From the IMG/VR virus record IMGVR_UViG_2703718796_000007: 14,877 nucleotides of DNA; one strand, given 5' to 3'. The position numbers and the translations under genes are program-made. Shown here piece by piece: positions 14,303-14,877 of the stretch (within the stretch, counting starts at the first letter, position 1; each line of letters begins with the position of its first letter). The notes below the pieces were generated by a model. It had not been told where the DNA came from. It ran no database searches and saw nothing but the letters and a program-made list of their open reading frames with translations. Origin of the DNA: a virus (taxonomy: Duplodnaviria; Heunggongvirae; Uroviricota; Caudoviricetes).

Positions 14303-14608
14303 GACCATGAAATTACGGAAACTACCCGTAGTTTGGGTAGTAAGAGCAACACCCAGATTTTGGGGCTTACTCGTGATACCCAAATTTGGGGTATCGGCGG
14401 CAACCATAACGACTTTCGTTACGGTTGATGCTTTTACCCCATTGAGGGAAAGGTATTACGATAATCATAACACCTACCGAACAGGTAAAGCCCACCAGCC
14501 TGATTAACTGTTAACCGGAAAAAAATTCCGGTAGGGTTCCCGATATGGGAATCCCCATATCGACAGCAACGCCCCCTTAAAATTACCCGCCTTTATATTT
14601 CTTGTGCC

Positions 14609-14626
14609 TATTTGTTCCACGTTGTT
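14609..14626. repeat. 18-bp motif TATTTGTTCCACGTTGTT, also present at 7159..7189 with a 9-bp internal insertion
   Basis: Direct comparison: 7159-7189 is tatttgttc[gtggttgtt]ccacgttgttcac; 14609-14626 is tatttgttccacgttgtt. Confidence 0.7.
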
Positions 14627-14724
14627 TCATACAGTGCGCCGAACGGTGTAGTCACTGGTGTAGTTATTTTGAGTTTTTTTGCACTTCGGGCTTAATTGAA
14701 AATATAATTAAATCAATATGTTAT

Positions 14725-14877
14725 TCAAAATAAGTTATATATAACAGCAATAAATAATGCGAGAATAAACGGCACGATGATCTCGGCGGCAAAACGGATA
14801 CCGCAGAGAATAATGACCAGCATTCCCAACATAATGACGATTTTTAGGCCATTGAGCGTGATGATCGGCTTTGCCAT
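14725..14877 (-). CDS. tqsA: Truncated inner-membrane protein ORF (50 aa) at the element's right junction; first 45 residues match the N-terminus of TqsA/YdgG as I recall it
   Basis: Minus-strand ORF starting at the window edge: [45 protein letters not shown] followed by IYNLF and a stop. The identification is from memory and unverified. Confidence 0.45.
   Translation of the reverse strand: MAKPIITLNGLKIVIMLGMLVIILCGIRFAAEIIVPFILALFIAVIYNLF

Larger units (their letters stand above)
1..14742. mobile_element. Integrated capsid-forming phage satellite (cf-PICI-like): int, alpA, RHH switch, rep plus origin, head and packaging module; no tail or lysis genes. Left boundary lies beyond the window; right boundary estimated near 14740
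   Basis: Gene content and order seen in the window. The right boundary is inferred from where the flanking membrane-protein ORF departs from the tqsA sequence as I recall it (codon 46, about 14740-14745). Confidence 0.7.

Noticed and set aside
14135-14507. ORFs 14135..14407 -, 14182..14403 - and 14286..14507 +
   Set aside because: They overlap each other on both strands in a palindrome-dense region, have no ribosome-binding sites and give low-complexity translations; the region is treated as non-coding.
1-14877. CRISPR arrays, rRNA or tRNA genes
   Set aside because: No regularly spaced identical repeats with unique spacers were seen, and no rRNA-like sequence. The GC-rich hairpins present do not fit a tRNA cloverleaf with an acceptor-stem context. 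A tRNA att target, if any, would lie outside the window.

Overview
Nearly the whole window is one integrated mobile element read left to right. It carries a P4-type tyrosine integrase (1..1218) and an AlpA-family regulator (1583..1771). Next is a leftward operon made of two tandem, diverged cassettes, each a ribbon-helix-helix (RHH) protein plus a small partner, with unusually conserved non-coding blocks and palindromic operators. A rightward operon of translationally coupled small genes ends in a RepA/AAA_25-type replication ATPase (4776..6173), followed by an iteron-type origin (6172..6364). A late operon then encodes a complete HK97-type head (major capsid protein, prohead protease, portal, head-closure, gp6-like connector) and cos-type packaging machinery (HNH, P27-family TerS, TerL). 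No tail, tail-fibre, tape-measure, baseplate or lysis genes are present. This gene content is that of a capsid-forming phage satellite (cf-PICI-like) that builds its own capsid and packages its own DNA but must take tails from a helper phage. The right end abuts a truncated membrane-protein gene that I recognise, from memory only, as the 5' end of tqsA/ydgG. All protein calls rest on motifs read from the ORF translations; no searches were run.
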